Position numbers and translations under genes: made by a program. 64,000 bases of DNA from Phaeosaccion multiseriatum. Taxonomy: Eukaryota; Protista; Ochrophyta, other classes. Numbering within the stretch: the stretch's first letter is position 1; each line of letters begins with the position of its first letter. The stretch is taken from the NCBI GenBank assembly GCA_965112735.1, contig OZ218950.1, positions 2,480,001 through 2,544,000 on the forward strand. Reading direction: 5' to 3'. This document shows, piece by piece, positions 57,338-64,000 of the stretch. The notes below the pieces were generated by a model that was given only the letters and a program-made list of their open reading frames with translations, was not told the DNA's origin and did not search any database.

Positions 57338-59799
57338 GGCCCAATCGAGAGATACAAGAATGAATTAGAATCAGAACTAGAATCAGAATTGGATTGGTTG
57401 GTCAGAGATGCGGGGGGGCATGCGAGGCGGCGCTCCTCGCTCCTGAGTATCCGCCACAAGCAGATGATTTGATTCATCGGCGGGCAACAAGACTGCAGCT
57501 GCCTCCACCAGGAGAGAGAAACATAACGAAAGAAAGAAGCGCTGCTGCAGCCGCCGCAGTAGCAGCAGCAGGCGCAGCAGTCCAGGAGTTTTAACATCAA
57601 CGGCCGTACACGGGGACATAACAGAGCCAAACCCTTCTACTGCTCCTGCGCGCTCTGTCCGTCAGCCTACCCATATACCTGCCCATATGCCTGCCCATAT
57701 ACCTGCCCATATGCCTGCCCATATGCCTGCCCATATGCCGGCCCATATGCCTGCCGCCATATGCCGCCATATGCCTGCCCATATGCCTGCCCATATGCCT
57801 GCCGCCATATGCCGCCATATGCCTGCCCATATGCTGCCTGCTCATATGCCTGCCCATATGCCTACCCATATGCCTGCCCGCATGCCTGCCCACATGCCTG
57901 GCACTGACCTTCGAGCCGCTGACCGGGGCCTCCAAGAATTGCGCTCCGTACTTTTGCGACTCTTCGCTCATGATGAACATGTCCTGCCGCAGAGGGAAGG
58001 GAGAGAGGGGGGAGAGGGGATGGCAGCAAAAGGCAGAGGGCAAAGGAGAGCAGCGAGAAGGAGGAGCTGAGGGGCTGCTGCTTCATTCCCATTCGCACTG
58101 CCGCTTCATTCCCATTCGCACTGCCGCTTCATTCCCATTCGCACTACACCACTCCCGTAAGGCTCTCTCATGCGGAACAACACGCCCATACTTTGCCCCT
58201 ACCCCCCCCCCCCCCGCCCCGCACTCTCCTTGCCTTCCCTCCCCACTCCCCCACTGCCCACCCCCCTCCTCCCTCCACTACTCCCCACTCGACTACTCCC
58301 CACTCCCCAACCCCCTTCCCAACTCTTACCTCTACAGTAAGAGTGGCGCAGTCGACAATCATCTTAGGGTCAACTCTGCCGTCATCCTCCTCATCGTCCC
58401 CTCCACCCTCCATGTGTGCAATGAGTCCTTCAACCAGGCCCTTGTCTCCGTAGAACACTTCGCTCGCGGCGGAGGGAGTGTCTAGCATGGAATAGATGAC
58501 GTCACTCTTGCTCACAAGCTACGTAGAGGGAGGGGCAGGGATGGCAGTGGATGGGAGGGGAGGAAGGGAGGGAGGGAGGGAGAAGGAGAGGGAAGGACGG
58601 AAGGAAGGGAAGGAAGGAAGGAAGGAAGGAAGGAAGGAAGGAAGGGAGGGAGGGAGGGAGGCAGGGAGGGAGGGAGGGAGGGAGGAAGGGAGAGAGAGAG
58701 AGAGGGAGGGAGGGAGGGAGGGAGGGAGGGAGGGAGGGAGGGAGGGAGGGAGGGAGGGAGGGAGGGAGGGAGGGAGGGAGGGAGAAAGGGAGAGAGGGAG
58801 GGAGGGAGGGAGGGAGGGAGGGAGGGAGGGAGGGAGGGAGGGAGGGAGGGAGGGAGGGAGGGAGGGAGGGAGGGAGGGAGGGAGGGAGGGAGGGAGGGAG
58901 GGAGGGAGGGAGGGAGGGAGGGAGGGAGGGAGGGAGGGAGGGAGGGAGGGGGGCGTTGGTGGTTGGTTGGGTGAAGGAGAGAGGAAATGGTGCAGCGATT
59001 ACTGTACTGTTGCTTGAGTGAATGGTGGGGGGGGGGGGGCGGCAAGAAGTGCTGATGGCAAACAAACAGTCGGTCAGTCAGGGAAAGGGGCCGGCATACA
59101 TGCATAGCCATGCCCATCAGGCTGTAGTATGTTCTCCACTAGGGGTTCTATTGGTCCGTCAGTCCGTCAGACAGACAGAGAGCTCCAAATAGATCGTGCC
59201 CCCCCCTGCTCTCCTGAACATATATCCGTGGGGCCACTTACATCCTGCACGCTGTCGGCAATCTCGACTTGGTCGGGAAAGCGCTTCTGAAGGGCCTCGG
59301 CCCTGCTCCTCGTCCTGTTCCACACCACCAGGTCCCTCCCGGTGGACAGCAAGTTGCCAGCCATACCCTGCCCCATGATGCCAAGCCCTGCCGGTGCAAT
59401 GGGAAAGAATGAGGAAAGGACGAGCCAAACCAAGACCAAGGAGGGAGCGATGATAGAGAATGGCCCATCCACTTCCCCCTCGGCTTACTCCTGAACACAC
59501 TCACCAATGAAGCCAGTCCTGCTGCCCATCATCTCCTCGTCCGATAGCTCGCCCACTTTTTCGTCGGACACCGGGATGGCGTAGAGGCTCCTATTCCTAT
59601 TCCTCCTGCTGCTCGCGGTAAGATCTGAAGAGAATCCAAGGCCATTCGCCCTTCTCAGCAAGTTCTGGCGAATGTTGCTGCTGCCACTGCTGCTTCGAAT
59701 ACCACCGCTGCTGCCCACAAATGCCACAATGGCCGGCAGGGACGAGGCCACGCACAGGAGCAAAGGGGAAGAGAGAGTCATCATGCTACCGAAGTACAT
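55928..59799 (-). CDS. GLYR: Glyoxylate/succinic semialdehyde reductase (beta-hydroxyacid dehydrogenase family), plastid-type leader
   Basis: Motifs GFIG|[24 protein letters not shown]|[35 protein letters not shown] and GDSDFSAV. Leader [15 protein letters not shown]. Confidence 0.92.
57669..57900. repeat. 12-bp minisatellite (cccatatgcctg)n in a GLYR intron
   Basis: About 18 degenerate units. A reverse-complement relative lies at 9880-10005. Confidence 0.9.
58560..58950. repeat. (GGGA)n microsatellite, representative of many intronic microsatellites
   Basis: Other examples: (GGAA)n 16882-17096 and 22071-22267, (CATA)n 19556-19782, (GGA)n 15686-15929, (GACA)n 12860-12953, (CTGT)n 46079-46420, (GT)n 38339-38410. 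Confidence 0.95.
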
Positions 59800-60600
59800 G
59801 GCTTATGGCTTTCCGTGGTTGGTGTGCCGCTGCCGCTGCTGTTGTCTTGTCTCGACTCAAGCAAAAGACTCCTACCAAAGGTGAGGCAAGGAAGGTAAGG
59901 GCTTCTGCCGCTTCCGGGAAGAAGGAGAGAGAATAAGGGGGAGGAGAGGAAGAAGAGGGGAAGGAGAGAGATTTGAGGTTGGCCATCTGTGACTCGAGCA
60001 CCAACACACGAACTTGCCACCCTTCCACACGCTTGTCGTGCTCGCCAACGGAAACCCCTGCGACTGCGAGTGAGGATTGTGAGGAACCACGTGGGGCGAC
60101 GTCAGATTGCTTCGCTCACCCGCTGCGAAAATAACGCTGAAGTGCAGAGAGGGAAGCCGAGAGAGAGAATAGAGGGACGAAGAGGGAGGGTACTGCTGGG
60201 GCAGAGGAGAGGTAGGAGGCAGAGGGGGGTGGAAGGGATACCGTACGAGAGACAAGACGCTTGGGAGAGGGGAGGCTCTGCAGCTCCTCACGAGACGACA
60301 CGCGCTCTTTGGGATTGAGTGATAGAGGGAGGGTGGGCGGGAGGGACGGACGGAGGGACGGACGTAGGTTGGGAGGAGGGGGAAGAGAGGGAAGCCCTTC
60401 AAAGCAGCAGAAAGGCCGGGAAGATGTATTTTCTAATTTAATTTTAATGCACTAGGTTGGAAACGGGTAGTGACGCATACAGCAAACGCTATATGCCTAC
60501 AGTACCTGGATCAGGACCTTCTCAAGCCCCCTATTCACTCCCTCACGTGTGACGGTCACATTCTCCCCTCACTTAGCCGTTGATCATGCATCAGTCCTGC

Positions 60601-64000
<3,400 letters not shown>

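Overview
GC-rich, intron-rich eukaryotic genomic DNA saturated with micro- and minisatellites. It most likely comes from an ochrophyte (stramenopile) alga, because several proteins carry bipartite signal peptide + Phe-starting transit leaders; eustigmatophyte is only a guess. Manual splicing gives about 12 supportable genes: PA200/Blm10 (PSME4, 5'-partial), a 15-kb minus-strand multidomain gene (PDZ, BolA-like with an AP2-like insertion, about 10 IQ motifs, coiled coil, RanBP2-like zinc finger), a TPR-like membrane protein, a DUF1824 protein, ISD11/LYRM4, a CaMK-family kinase, a CRTISO-like FAD oxidoreductase, PRC1 RING1, a PTC7-type PP2C, prefoldin 2, an intronless integrase-repeat-unit protein, GLYR and PEX6 (5'-partial). 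Non-coding structure includes a MITE-like element, two dispersed short motifs (CAGTTGGTGATACAG and GGATGGCAGTGGATGG) that occur in exons, introns and UTRs on both strands, and about nine degenerate echo copies of exon ends or stop-codon regions. Most ORFs in the supplied track are microsatellite artefacts. All domain calls come from motif recognition by eye, not from database searches.
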